A DNA stretch of 52,545 nt from a virus (Duplodnaviria > Caudoviricetes). The notes under the pieces are model-generated. The model was not told the origin of the DNA. It worked only from the letters and a program-made list of their open reading frames with translations, and searched no databases. Of the stretch, positions 28,985-38,207 are shown in pieces; position 1 is the first letter of the stretch; each line of letters starts with the position of its first letter. The position numbers were made by a program, and so were the translations under genes. The stretch spans positions 1 to 52,545 of the IMG/VR virus record IMGVR_UViG_3300036715_003055. One strand, given 5' to 3'.

Positions 28985-29769
28985 TATGATAAATCCTTGT
29001 TATTAAATTTATACGATTTTAACTCACCATTAAGTTCTTTAAGTAATTTAATACTATCTATAGTAATACCAAACTTTAACATAAATAAAATAGAAGTTAA
29101 AATAAAAAATAACGCTTCTTCATAATTATCTTCGGCTCTATAAAAGGCTATAGTATCAATGTCACTTAAAATTAACTGAATTCTTCCTTGATATAAATCT
29201 CTGATTTTATCTATGACGATTTGTGGAACTCCAAGTTTACTCCATCTTTCTTCATATGCTCTTATTATATTAACAATTAATTGCCTACATTGATTTCTAA
29301 AATCAACAGGAGATTTAAATTCATAATTAGCTGATAAAAATTTTCTAGCATACTCAGCAAAAATATTGTATTGTTCTGTTAACATTAATCTAAACATTTC
29401 TGTACGACCTTCATTACCGAAAGTTATATTTTTTATATTAAAAAGAGATTGCTCTAATTCAGAAAATAAAGGATGTGTTTCATCTAATATTGGTTTATAT
29501 GTTTTAGTTTTTCTATCATACCAATAATATTTTAATAAAAAAGTAATAAATGCAATAAAAGATGGTATTAAAGTTTCCCAATTTATGTAAACATCTTTAT
29601 CAGCTTCTCCTACTTTTACCATTTGTTTATCAATATTTGATAATTTATTTATAACATCTTTTGACATAGAATTATATGAATATATAGATGCAAAAAACCA
29701 AACAGGTCCTGCAATAGCTAACGCAAAGAGAAAATAATTAATTGATCTCAATATTTTTGGTTTAAACAT
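28984..29769 (-). CDS. Two-TM membrane protein in the lysis cassette (holin/antiholin-like)
   Basis: Hydrophobic segments YFLFALAIAGPVWFF and LIPSFIAFITFLL, then a soluble helical domain. Follows the amidase. Confidence 0.5.
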   Translation of the reverse strand: MFKPKILRSINYFLFALAIAGPVWFFASIYSYNSMSKDVINKLSNIDKQMVKVGEADKDVYINWETLIPSFIAFITFLLKYYWYDRKTKTYKPILDETHPLFSELEQSLFNIKNITFGNEGRTEMFRLMLTEQYNIFAEYARKFLSANYEFKSPVDFRNQCRQLIVNIIRAYEERWSKLGVPQIVIDKIRDLYQGRIQLILSDIDTIAFYRAEDNYEEALFFILTSILFMLKFGITIDSIKLLKELNGELKSYKFNNKDLS

Positions 29770-29781
29770 CTAACGGTCCCC

Positions 29782-30393
29782 TTATAATAAATTTTGTAAA
29801 GACAATAATGGAAAAGCTGGTGATATATCTGATTTATCCTCTCTAACATTACAATGTGATAAAATTCCTGTATAATTTAATGCATAATTTGTATTAAAAT
29901 CATAGCTTTCTAAAACTTTCTTTTCAATATTAAATTTAGGAATTAAATATTTTAATAATTCTACTACTGCATTTATTTGTTGGTCCGTATATGCTGCAAA
30001 ATATTGATACCCCCTCCACGGTTTTTCCAATGTTACGACTTTTCCGACATATTTGGACTTACCATCGTTCCACATAAAATTTCCATCAGATATTTTTGTG
30101 AGCCCACCTTCATTTACTATTTCTATTCCTATTGATTTTTTATCAGCAAATCCTTTAGAAGGGCCATATTTTAACCCCAAATGAAAACTCCAATATTTTG
30201 GGTCAAATGTTTGGTATATTGTACCATCTTTATCAATAACATAAGCTACTGCAACTGGTCTTCCATCTTGGTCCCACCAAGATATAGACCCCTTTGCACT
30301 TGAAGATACTGTATGATGCAAATATATTTGTGTTTTTTTAATTTCTTCTTTAAAGAAATTATCACTTTTGATTGGATTATTTATAATATTCAT
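29782..30393 (-). CDS. N-acetylmuramoyl-L-alanine amidase (Amidase_2) endolysin
   Basis: IYLHHT, YVIDKDG, WSFHLG, SIGIEIVN, SHCNV..DKSD. Confidence 0.88.
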   Translation of the reverse strand: MNIINNPIKSDNFFKEEIKKTQIYLHHTVSSSAKGSISWWDQDGRPVAVAYVIDKDGTIYQTFDPKYWSFHLGLKYGPSKGFADKKSIGIEIVNEGGLTKISDGNFMWNDGKSKYVGKVVTLEKPWRGYQYFAAYTDQQINAVVELLKYLIPKFNIEKKVLESYDFNTNYALNYTGILSHCNVREDKSDISPAFPLLSLQNLL

Positions 30394-31214
30394 TGGTATT
30401 TAAATTTTTCTAAAGGTAGATTATAATCTACCGGAAGTGAATAAACGATATCGTCATGTTCAATCAAAGCTAATTGTGCTCTTTGTTCAATTAGATATCC
30501 TAATTTTTCAAGTTTTTGAACTTGAACAACTACCCATCTGGAACCAGAATCATCCACAATAACATCTTTTTCGCGTAGTGGTGGGTAATTTAACATTTCT
30601 AATAGCACATCACTTGGCTTCCATTCACCAAACATCATTATTTGATTTCGTTCAGGTGAAGGAGTAATCATTGCTAAAAAAGGGGTTGGAGGTAAATATC
30701 CAGTAGACCAGCCTGTACCTTGACACTCACTGCAATTTGGGTCGGTGGCCCTAAACAACACATCATCCCAACATTTAGAACAATGTGCACCCCAAGTTTT
30801 TCTCTTTAATAAAAAAAATTTTCTACCTACAAATTTTTCTAATACTAATCTTTTTTGTCTTAAAATTTCTTTAGTACTCAAATCTATTGACAAATACTTA
30901 AAGTATATAGCATGAGGAGTAAGAATAGTTACTTCATTTGTATTTATATTTTTTACAGAAAGTTTATAATACCATATTCTACCAGGTGTTGACAATCCAT
31001 CTAAACTTGTATCAGTATAATGTGAAATTTCTAGAGCTAAATCTGTAGCAATTTGTTCGAACCCATCTAAACTATTTGGAAAACCAGTAGACTCAGATCT
31101 ATAAATAGATAATTTATAGTCGTTTAAATTTTCATCTATAACCTCTAATTCCCATTCTATATAAATTGAATTAGTGTTTATTTGATTTATAGCAGCTCTT
31201 TTTAAATTTAACAT
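30390..31214 (-). CDS. Putative neck/head-closure protein with Zn finger
   Basis: FN3-like N-terminus, CSKC...CSECQGTG; two genes downstream of the major capsid gene. Confidence 0.55.
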   Translation of the reverse strand: MLNLKRAAINQINTNSIYIEWELEVIDENLNDYKLSIYRSESTGFPNSLDGFEQIATDLALEISHYTDTSLDGLSTPGRIWYYKLSVKNINTNEVTILTPHAIYFKYLSIDLSTKEILRQKRLVLEKFVGRKFFLLKRKTWGAHCSKCWDDVLFRATDPNCSECQGTGWSTGYLPPTPFLAMITPSPERNQIMMFGEWKPSDVLLEMLNYPPLREKDVIVDDSGSRWVVVQVQKLEKLGYLIEQRAQLALIEHDDIVYSLPVDYNLPLEKFKYQ

Positions 31215-31215
31215 T

Positions 31216-31683
31216 TTATACTAAGCTATATTCAGATGGAATGTTGCCATAACAATTATCAATATTTTTATTAACTTTAAATTGTTGTACGGATCTTTCA
31301 AATTGGTTAACCAATATATTAAAATAATTTATATATCTACCGTATTTATCATAATTTTGAACCGTCACCCCGCCGCTATCACGATAAGTTAAAGTATTTC
31401 TAGCAGATAGAATTCCTTTTGTTGTTAAAATATTTAATGCAGCACCTAACCTTAAAATAAACCACGGAACTTCATTAAATTTTTCATATCCTGCTGTATT
31501 AACTATAGGAGTAGTAAAAGATATTTTATCTAATGCATCCTGTAATGCCTCAAATAATTCTTTATCTGTAGATTCTTGCAGTTCAGTTAAGACATTTAAT
31601 TCAGCTGAATCGTTCAAAAAACGACGAAGTCTATCTACGTATACTTGATCTTCCGGTGTTATGTTGGTTACATTTAGTTCCAT
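31216..31683 (-). CDS. Putative head-tail adaptor
   Basis: Helical 155 aa protein directly after the MCP; RLRRFLND...TYRDSGGV. Confidence 0.55.
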   Translation of the reverse strand: MELNVTNITPEDQVYVDRLRRFLNDSAELNVLTELQESTDKELFEALQDALDKISFTTPIVNTAGYEKFNEVPWFILRLGAALNILTTKGILSARNTLTYRDSGGVTVQNYDKYGRYINYFNILVNQFERSVQQFKVNKNIDNCYGNIPSEYSLV

Positions 31684-31696
31684 AATACCTCCAATT

Positions 31697-31750
31697 TATA
31701 TTGACAATATAATATAAATATAAGTATATTGACAATATAATATAAATATA
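31697..31750. repeat. Perfect 26-bp direct repeat x2, each with a 15-bp palindrome
   Basis: TATATTGACAATATAATATAAATATA at 31697-31722 and 31725-31750. Confidence 0.9.
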
Positions 31751-31756
31751 TTTAAT

Positions 31757-31785
31757 AAAAAAGGCCAGACATGCTGGCCCTTTTT
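31757..31785 (-). terminator. Intrinsic terminator after the major capsid gene
   Basis: GGCCAG-ACATG-CTGGCC flanked by A/T tracts on both sides. Confidence 0.75.
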
Positions 31786-31805
31786 AAGACAAGGTATGAA
31801 AGTTA

Positions 31806-32726
31806 TTAATCTGTGCCTGTAAAAGTAAATTTTGCGCATGATTTAGTATTACCGATACCCATACCAACAGTTTCATAAGCTGCGAAAGTAATGATATTTT
31901 TCTTCTTTTCAATCCAGAATTTAGTATCATTTAAAATTAAAAATTGACCGAAGAAATCTTGAGATGTAAATGCATATATTTTATTTTGTAACAAAGATAC
32001 TTTGTTTGAAACAACTAATCTACGACCAAATAATGTAGAGTAAGTATAACCATTTACAATAACTTCAGAACCTACAGCATCACCGACTGTTGTTGCATTA
32101 TACAAGAAAAGTCTGTTATACATTGTAGAATCCATCAATAAAACTTCAGCTTTTAATTCATTTCCGTCCAATGCATCAAATAAACGTTTGATGTCATTTT
32201 TCTTTATAGTACCATCTGATGCATAAGTTCCTGTTAAAGCAGTATTATTTCCATTACCAACTTCAACATTAATAGCTTGATCTACTTGTTGTATGAATGC
32301 AGTATCTTCTATTTTTTGAATGTCAAGAACAGAATTTTTTTCAATTACTTCTGTTAAAGGCATTTCATAAGCTAATAATTCTTCTTCAGTTTTTTGGAAA
32401 TCAGAACTCGAAATCATGAAGAAAGGAATTTCAAATCTTTCACCAACAACGTATTCAGCATTTGGGTTACCACGGAAGTTAACAAGCATTGCTTTTGAAT
32501 CTGGTTCAATATCAACGATTTTGACTAAACCATCATGATTAACACTTCTTTGTAATTCTTGCTTTGTAACATATTGTGGTTGAACAATTTTACGAGCAAA
32601 AGAAACCTCACGAAGTTTTTGACGAATAAATGCCGAACCTTCCTCAGCAATTTTCATAATACCATCTTGAGTTCCTAATTTTTGAACAAAAAGTTCATTT
32701 AATTGTCTTGCACTTAAATCAGCCAT
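31806..32726 (-). CDS. Major capsid protein (HK97/encapsulin-like fold)
   Basis: About 306 aa, last gene of the protease-scaffold-decoration run, followed by a terminator. IRQKLREVSFARKI; SD GGAGGA. Confidence 0.8.
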   Translation of the reverse strand: MADLSARQLNELFVQKLGTQDGIMKIAEEGSAFIRQKLREVSFARKIVQPQYVTKQELQRSVNHDGLVKIVDIEPDSKAMLVNFRGNPNAEYVVGERFEIPFFMISSSDFQKTEEELLAYEMPLTEVIEKNSVLDIQKIEDTAFIQQVDQAINVEVGNGNNTALTGTYASDGTIKKNDIKRLFDALDGNELKAEVLLMDSTMYNRLFLYNATTVGDAVGSEVIVNGYTYSTLFGRRLVVSNKVSLLQNKIYAFTSQDFFGQFLILNDTKFWIEKKKNIITFAAYETVGMGIGNTKSCAKFTFTGTD

Positions 32727-32743
32727 TATTATATCCTCCAAAA

Positions 32744-33172
32744 TTATAACAATACGAACTCTATTGCTGTGAATGGTTTGCTCAAATACTTAGAAGTATG
32801 AGGAGCTTTTGTACAGATTGCAACTGCAACCTCTTTTCCTGCAGCTGTATTAGTAAGTTTACCGTTAGCATCAACGTATAACTTATCATTTACTGCTGGA
32901 GTTCCAACAAATTGATCAGTAACACCTCTCATTTTTCCATAATATACTGTAACTTTACCTGTTATACTTACATCAGGTGTAAATCCTGCAGCACCGTTAC
33001 GATTAGATTCTGTCCAAATTGGTACTGCAAAATCGCCTGCTACAGGTTTTTTAACATCATCATTGCCACCAAAAGATACAAATGTGCCTGTTTGGCCAGA
33101 TGCTATAATCCAAGCATCAGCTGTTAGGTCTATTCTTTGGCAAAGATTGATATTGCTCAATGGTTGAAGCAT
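32744..33172 (-). CDS. Capsid decoration/cement protein
   Basis: Small beta-rich protein (TDQF...VNDKLYVDANGKL) directly upstream of the MCP. SD GGAGGA. Confidence 0.6.
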   Translation of the reverse strand: MLQPLSNINLCQRIDLTADAWIIASGQTGTFVSFGGNDDVKKPVAGDFAVPIWTESNRNGAAGFTPDVSITGKVTVYYGKMRGVTDQFVGTPAVNDKLYVDANGKLTNTAAGKEVAVAICTKAPHTSKYLSKPFTAIEFVLL

Positions 33173-33193
33173 GCTTAAATCCTCCAATAAATT

Positions 33194-33535
33194 TTAATAA
33201 TTATCTGACTCTAATAAAGCTCTATGTATAAATATAGAAGCAGCGTCAGTACTGTTTGAATATGTTTCCTCACTGCTTAAAGAAAATAAATTAAACTCAG
33301 CAGTTTTTGTTAATTCAAATGCCCGTTTTGTTATTTCCAGTTCTTCAGTAGATTCAGACGCAAATTTTTCTATTGTAGATTCAATGTGTTCAGCCGGTAT
33401 AATACCCTCTTTAAATAATTTAAACGCAAGAATTTGAGCATTTTTAATATGCTCTAACTCCTTTTTTAAATTTGTATTTTCATTACGCAGCTGCAAAATT
33501 GCATCAGCTGCTGCTTTTGCTAAACCATTGTCCAT
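33194..33535 (-). CDS. Scaffold-associated coiled-coil head protein
   Basis: 113 aa, coiled coil, EKFAS/TKTAE motifs. Confidence 0.55.
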   Translation of the reverse strand: MDNGLAKAAADAILQLRNENTNLKKELEHIKNAQILAFKLFKEGIIPAEHIESTIEKFASESTEELEITKRAFELTKTAEFNLFSLSSEETYSNSTDAASIFIHRALLESDNY

Positions 33536-33542
33536 AATTTAT

Positions 33543-34148
33543 TTATTCGTTTGAAAGTCTTGTTAAAAATGCATCAGCCATAATTGTTCCTAATTCGTGA
33601 GCTTCAGCTACTTTTTGTACTGCTTCTTCTTGTTCCTCTTCTAAAGCTTGTTCTATTATTTCTTGATCATTTTCAATTAAAGCTTCAGCTACTTTAACTA
33701 CATCTTCTTCAGTAAAGTTACCTTCACCTACTTCTTCAGCTAAAGCTTCTACAGCTAGTTCAGCATATTTATCTAATAGTTCTTCAGCTTCTGCTATCAT
33801 AGCCTGATCGTTTTCAATTAAAGCTTCAGCTACTTTAACTACATCTTCTTCAGTAAAGTTACCTTCACCTACTTCTTCAGCTAAAGCTTCTACAGCTAGT
33901 TCAGCATATTTATCTAATGCTTCTTGTTCCTCAATTAAGGCTTGATCTGCTTCAATATATGCGCTTGCTACTTTAACTACATCTTCTTCAGTAAAGTTAC
34001 CTTCACCTACTTCTTCAGTTAAATTTTCTACAGCTAATTCAGCGTATTTATTTAATACTTCTTGTTCATCAGAAGATAATTCTGAATCATTTGCTGCAGC
34101 TTGTTTTTGTAACATATCTTCATAAACTGATAATAAATTTAAAGCCAT
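33543..34148 (-). CDS. Acidic scaffold protein with three internal repeats
   Basis: 3x KYAELAVE.L.EEVGEGNFTEEDVVKVA, DNA periods 138 and 141 bp. Confidence 0.7.
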   Translation of the reverse strand: MALNLLSVYEDMLQKQAAANDSELSSDEQEVLNKYAELAVENLTEEVGEGNFTEEDVVKVASAYIEADQALIEEQEALDKYAELAVEALAEEVGEGNFTEEDVVKVAEALIENDQAMIAEAEELLDKYAELAVEALAEEVGEGNFTEEDVVKVAEALIENDQEIIEQALEEEQEEAVQKVAEAHELGTIMADAFLTRLSNE

Positions 34149-34178
34149 TGTTAAATCTCCTATTATTTTTTTTGTTAA

Positions 34179-34475
34179 TTAATTATTTGATGCTAATTTT
34201 TGTAATTCATCATAAAATGCTCTAGCCATTATTCTACCTTGAGCATCATATAACGCAGCTACTTTTTCCAATTCAGCTCTTTCTGCAGCTTCTTTTTCTA
34301 GATCTGCATCTTGATTAGATGTTTTAACTTGTGTTTCAGTTTGATCATTCGCTACTTTTGTTTGCTCGTCGTTTGTTTCAGCTAAACTTTCTGCTAAAAT
34401 CTCTTCAGCAGTTTTTTCTGATGTTTTATTCAATCTAGCTAAAATATCGTCGAGAAAAGAACCATTATTAGCCAT
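34179..34475 (-). CDS. Small scaffold-like K-x-A-rich protein
   Basis: Start ATG 34475 (SD GGAGG). C-terminal G.IMA.AF is shared with the next gene. Confidence 0.65.
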   Translation of the reverse strand: MANNGSFLDDILARLNKTSEKTAEEILAESLAETNDEQTKVANDQTETQVKTSNQDADLEKEAAERAELEKVAALYDAQGRIMARAFYDELQKLASNN

Positions 34476-36255
34476 TACTCTGACCTCCATTAATATTAAG
34501 TAAATCAATATAAATACGATTAAGTTCTTTGATTGGTAAATTACTAACAAAATTTGCAACTTTTGTAAATTTTGATTTTATGGCACTTTCTGCTTTTGTG
34601 CCAACTAATGCACCAGTCAAAGCTATTAAAGCCGGGTGCTTACGAACAAAATCTCGAGTAGGTGTTATCGGCTCACCCTGTTGAGCTTTAAACTCATTTT
34701 TTGCTGAATAATAATAAGACAAAGGAAAAGCTATTAAAGAATTTCTCATAAATGTATCAATAGCTGCTGATGTTTTTGTAAATTCTTTATCTTGCATAAA
34801 TATTGAACCTGCTGTTCCAGCGCCAATTAATACAGGAAGTAACCATGGATTCTTTGATATAAATTCTTTAAATTTAGAAGTAGAAGTATCCTTAAATACC
34901 TTAGTATAACCATAATATAAACTACCCAAAATACCTAAAGGCAAAATAGGATTTTTATGAGCAGTCAATTGATACTCTGGTTTTTTATCAAAAAATAATT
35001 GCTTCCACATTGCCCTACTATCAGTATTTGCGTTCAGTGGTATTTGTGGTTGTGGTTGAAATTGCATAGATAAGTCTTCTGCTACTTTCATTAAACCTCT
35101 AGTTACCACCAATTCTTTTGTAATTGATAAATTTGGAACTTCATCAATTAAAAGTTGTGCAATTTTTTCATTAAAATTATCCAATGATATATCAGTTGCT
35201 ATAATTATATCATTTTCATTTGGAAGAGAAAAAATTATTTTTTCATTTTCAAGTTGTTCAGCTTCTTTAATAAAGCCTCTTGACATTAAAGCTAATTTTT
35301 GAAAATCACGTGGATCTGGAACTATTCGTAATCCTAAAAAAGTCGACATTACTTCATTTAATGGAAATTGGGCTAACTTATTAAGTGTGTTTTTATTTAT
35401 TCTGTTTTGATTCTTAATCACCAAGTTAATTAATTTTTTAGGATATTCTTTTAATTTTTCGGGATCTCTTTCTATTAGACCTGGTTCTCCAATAGCTTCT
35501 ACTGTTTTTGATATTTCTGCATAATTATTAAAACTTGCTTCCTTAGTATATGAATTTTCTAAATAAAAAGCAACTTTTTTTAATGGTTCTTCTTCTGAAT
35601 TTATTAAATCAGAAAACATCTTTAATACACTTGAAGTTTTTTCTGCAGGAATTGTAACAATACTAATATCAAAAAATTTTGGTTTTCTATTTATTGCATA
35701 AACTTTTCTACCACCTGGTAATATCATATTCATTTGTTCTTTTAAATGAGAACAATAATCTGCTCTTGTTTTAGCCCTATTACCACAAATACTGCATTCA
35801 TCCCATGGAACTTTACATCCCATTGATGTTGCTGGTAATTTTCCTGCATTTAAGTCATCTATAATATCTTTAGCTTTATCATTATATAGTTCAACTATTA
35901 ATTCAACTCTATGCATATCAGGATTATAATATGCAAATATTACCTTACCAATTGATTTATTTGGATCTTTATTTATATGATGTCTATAAACATGTCCAAA
36001 AATTTCAAAAGTTTTATGATGTTCTTTTAATGCATCTTCTGGAAAATAATCTCCATTTCTATTAGAACCATAAAATTCTCCAGATGATAATGCATTAATT
36101 AATGCATAAGAAGATCCTTTAACAGGAGTTAATGACTTAACAAACTCTATAATAGCATCAGAAATACCAGCAGTCTTTTCTAAAGACTGTGGGTGTATTA
36201 ATTGAAATACTTCAGAGTTATTATCACCATAAAAATATGTAATAGTTTTTTCCAT
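34468..36255 (-). CDS. Prohead maturation protease with C-terminal extension
   Basis: NRNGDYF, RHHINKD, TSMGC (catalytic Ser candidate), CSICG, FFDISIV; position in the head module. Confidence 0.75.
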   Translation of the reverse strand: MEKTITYFYGDNNSEVFQLIHPQSLEKTAGISDAIIEFVKSLTPVKGSSYALINALSSGEFYGSNRNGDYFPEDALKEHHKTFEIFGHVYRHHINKDPNKSIGKVIFAYYNPDMHRVELIVELYNDKAKDIIDDLNAGKLPATSMGCKVPWDECSICGNRAKTRADYCSHLKEQMNMILPGGRKVYAINRKPKFFDISIVTIPAEKTSSVLKMFSDLINSEEEPLKKVAFYLENSYTKEASFNNYAEISKTVEAIGEPGLIERDPEKLKEYPKKLINLVIKNQNRINKNTLNKLAQFPLNEVMSTFLGLRIVPDPRDFQKLALMSRGFIKEAEQLENEKIIFSLPNENDIIIATDISLDNFNEKIAQLLIDEVPNLSITKELVVTRGLMKVAEDLSMQFQPQPQIPLNANTDSRAMWKQLFFDKKPEYQLTAHKNPILPLGILGSLYYGYTKVFKDTSTSKFKEFISKNPWLLPVLIGAGTAGSIFMQDKEFTKTSAAIDTFMRNSLIAFPLSYYYSAKNEFKAQQGEPITPTRDFVRKHPALIALTGALVGTKAESAIKSKFTKVANFVSNLPIKELNRIYIDLLNINGGQSNG

Positions 36256-36890
36256 TATTTATTTTTAGAATCTTTTTTTCCTTTAAGCGCCAATTCTTCT
36301 TTTCTAATGTCTAATTCTTTTCTTTTCAATTCTGCACCCTGCAGATCTGATAGTGATCTTGCAAAATTAGAAGTCTGAGTATAATGCTCTAAGAATGGCT
36401 GTTTTCTAGGTGTTATAATATTACCTCTTGAATCAAATCTACTTTGTATATCTGTCAGTGTTTTATATACATCAATTGGGGGACCACCAAATTGCCCCAT
36501 ATAATCGCGTCTTATTGATTGAGTTATATAAGCACCAGCGGCTAATGGGTCAGCTGCTACATTAGGAGCAAAATGATATAAAGATTCCCAATATCTAGCA
36601 ACTAATATAGGATCTTCATTCTTTAATGATGGATGAGCTTCTAACATTTTTTCAAAATATTCATTTTTTACTTTTGTTATATTTCTTTTTGCTAGATAAT
36701 CTTTTATAGCATTTATAGTCACATCAGCTGTTGCACCGATAACTCCAGCAGCCAATGGCAATGCTAACTGCACACCTGGATTTTTTTCTACATAAGAATT
36801 GAATCGTTGCCATAAATTACCTGCTAGTTTCTCTAAAAGAGAATGATCATAGTTTTCTACTAATTTTTGAAATTGAGCTTCTTTTATCAT
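36255..36890 (-). CDS. Putative internal head protein with shared 24-aa leader
   Basis: MIKEAQFQKLVENYDHSLLEKLAG, then a hydrophobic Ala/Gly segment; APNVAADPLAAG. Confidence 0.6.
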   Translation of the reverse strand: MIKEAQFQKLVENYDHSLLEKLAGNLWQRFNSYVEKNPGVQLALPLAAGVIGATADVTINAIKDYLAKRNITKVKNEYFEKMLEAHPSLKNEDPILVARYWESLYHFAPNVAADPLAAGAYITQSIRRDYMGQFGGPPIDVYKTLTDIQSRFDSRGNIITPRKQPFLEHYTQTSNFARSLSDLQGAELKRKELDIRKEELALKGKKDSKNK

Positions 36891-37188
36891 TTTATTTATC
36901 CTTAAAAATTATTGATAATTATTTATAGCTGCTAAAATTACTTTTACCTAATGTTCTGGCAACATTAGCTCTAGTTAAATAATTAATTTCTGATCCTTTG
37001 CTTTTTAATCCAGTAAAATACCCAGCTCCTAAACCAACTCCTAAAGCTGGAACAGCTGCAGCTATTGCTGGATGTTTTTTTCCAAAATTAAAAAAACTTT
37101 TTACAACCCCACCTATACCCGCTAGTTTCTCTAAAAGAGAATGATCATAACTTTCTACTAATTTTTGAAATTGAGCTTCTTTTATCAT
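36823..37188 (-). repeat. 68-bp repeat encoding near-identical leaders (36823-36890 and 37121-37188)
   Basis: 66/68 identical by manual comparison. Confidence 0.85.
36919..37188 (-). CDS. Small putative internal head protein with shared leader
   Basis: MIKEAQFQKLVESYDHSLLEKLAG plus a TM-like AIAAAVPALGVGLGAGY. Confidence 0.6.
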   Translation of the reverse strand: MIKEAQFQKLVESYDHSLLEKLAGIGGVVKSFFNFGKKHPAIAAAVPALGVGLGAGYFTGLKSKGSEINYLTRANVARTLGKSNFSSYK

Positions 37189-37200
37189 TTTTAGCTGTCT

Positions 37201-38160
37201 CTAAAAATTATTTATGTTTTTATTTACCATAGTTTGAGCAGCAGTTGACCTAGTCATATAATAATTACCTGGATTTTTTTGTCTTCTGCCAACTATATAC
37301 CCTGCTGCAAAAAGTGGAAGACCTATTGTTGCTAAATTTTTTATAACTCCAGAAATTTTAACTAAATCACCAGCATTGTTTTCTTTTATTAAAGAATTTA
37401 CTTTATCTGTTTCTTTCATTAATAAATTTATATCTTCAGACATACTTTTATATATCGTATCTAGTTGAGATAATTTTTGAAATAAATCAGAAGTTTTTGA
37501 TGGGATTAAATTTTTTTCAGCATCTTTTTCTAAATCAACAAAAGGACATTCAGTTGTAAAATTTTTCTTAAAATCATTTATTATTGTATCTCCTAATAAT
37601 GGAGTTGCTAGTTTAACTAATTCACAAATATTATTAAAATTAACCCCACCCAAAATAGCTTGTTTTATCATATCGTTAGATTTATCAACACCTACTGATA
37701 ATTCCGCTTTTTTTACCAAAATTTCATTTTGAAGAATATTTATTTTATCTTTTAATTTAGATATTTCTTGCTCAATTGCTATAGTTGCGCTAGCTTCTTT
37801 TGTAATAACTTCATCACCTTTAGATTTTTGTTTATACATACTTAATGAAAATGGTATATCTTGGATATCATTATATTCATCTAAATCTTCTTCAACATCT
37901 TTATGCATTATTGAAGCAGCTTTATAAAATGAATCTACCGGATTAGCTAAATTAAATTGAACATAATGATCAGGAGTTTTCGTAACTAACCCTAAATATG
38001 TTTCAACGTTAGCTTGTTCCGCAACTCTATGTATTTCTTCTTTAGTTAAGGAATTTGCTACAGCAACTTTGGTTAATGACTCAGTTAAATCTTCCCCATT
38101 TTGCAAATATGCATTTGCTATATTTTTCCCTAACTGTAATAATTCATTTGCATTTTTCAT
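37201..38160 (-). CDS. K-x-A-rich head protein
   Basis: Follows the terminase; RVAEQANVETY, several KxA sites, hydrophobic C-terminus. Confidence 0.6.
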   Translation of the reverse strand: MKNANELLQLGKNIANAYLQNGEDLTESLTKVAVANSLTKEEIHRVAEQANVETYLGLVTKTPDHYVQFNLANPVDSFYKAASIMHKDVEEDLDEYNDIQDIPFSLSMYKQKSKGDEVITKEASATIAIEQEISKLKDKINILQNEILVKKAELSVGVDKSNDMIKQAILGGVNFNNICELVKLATPLLGDTIINDFKKNFTTECPFVDLEKDAEKNLIPSKTSDLFQKLSQLDTIYKSMSEDINLLMKETDKVNSLIKENNAGDLVKISGVIKNLATIGLPLFAAGYIVGRRQKNPGNYYMTRSTAAQTMVNKNINNF

Positions 38161-38165
38161 ATTTA

Positions 38166-38194
38166 AATATATCTCCTTTAATTATAACAGTCAA
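38166..38194 (-). promoter_or_regulatory. sigma70-like promoter for the head operon
   Basis: TTGACT-N17-TATATT-N5-ATG(38160); the spacer also contains SD AAGGAG. Confidence 0.55.
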
Positions 38195-38207
38195 GTATTT
38201 TTTTATA

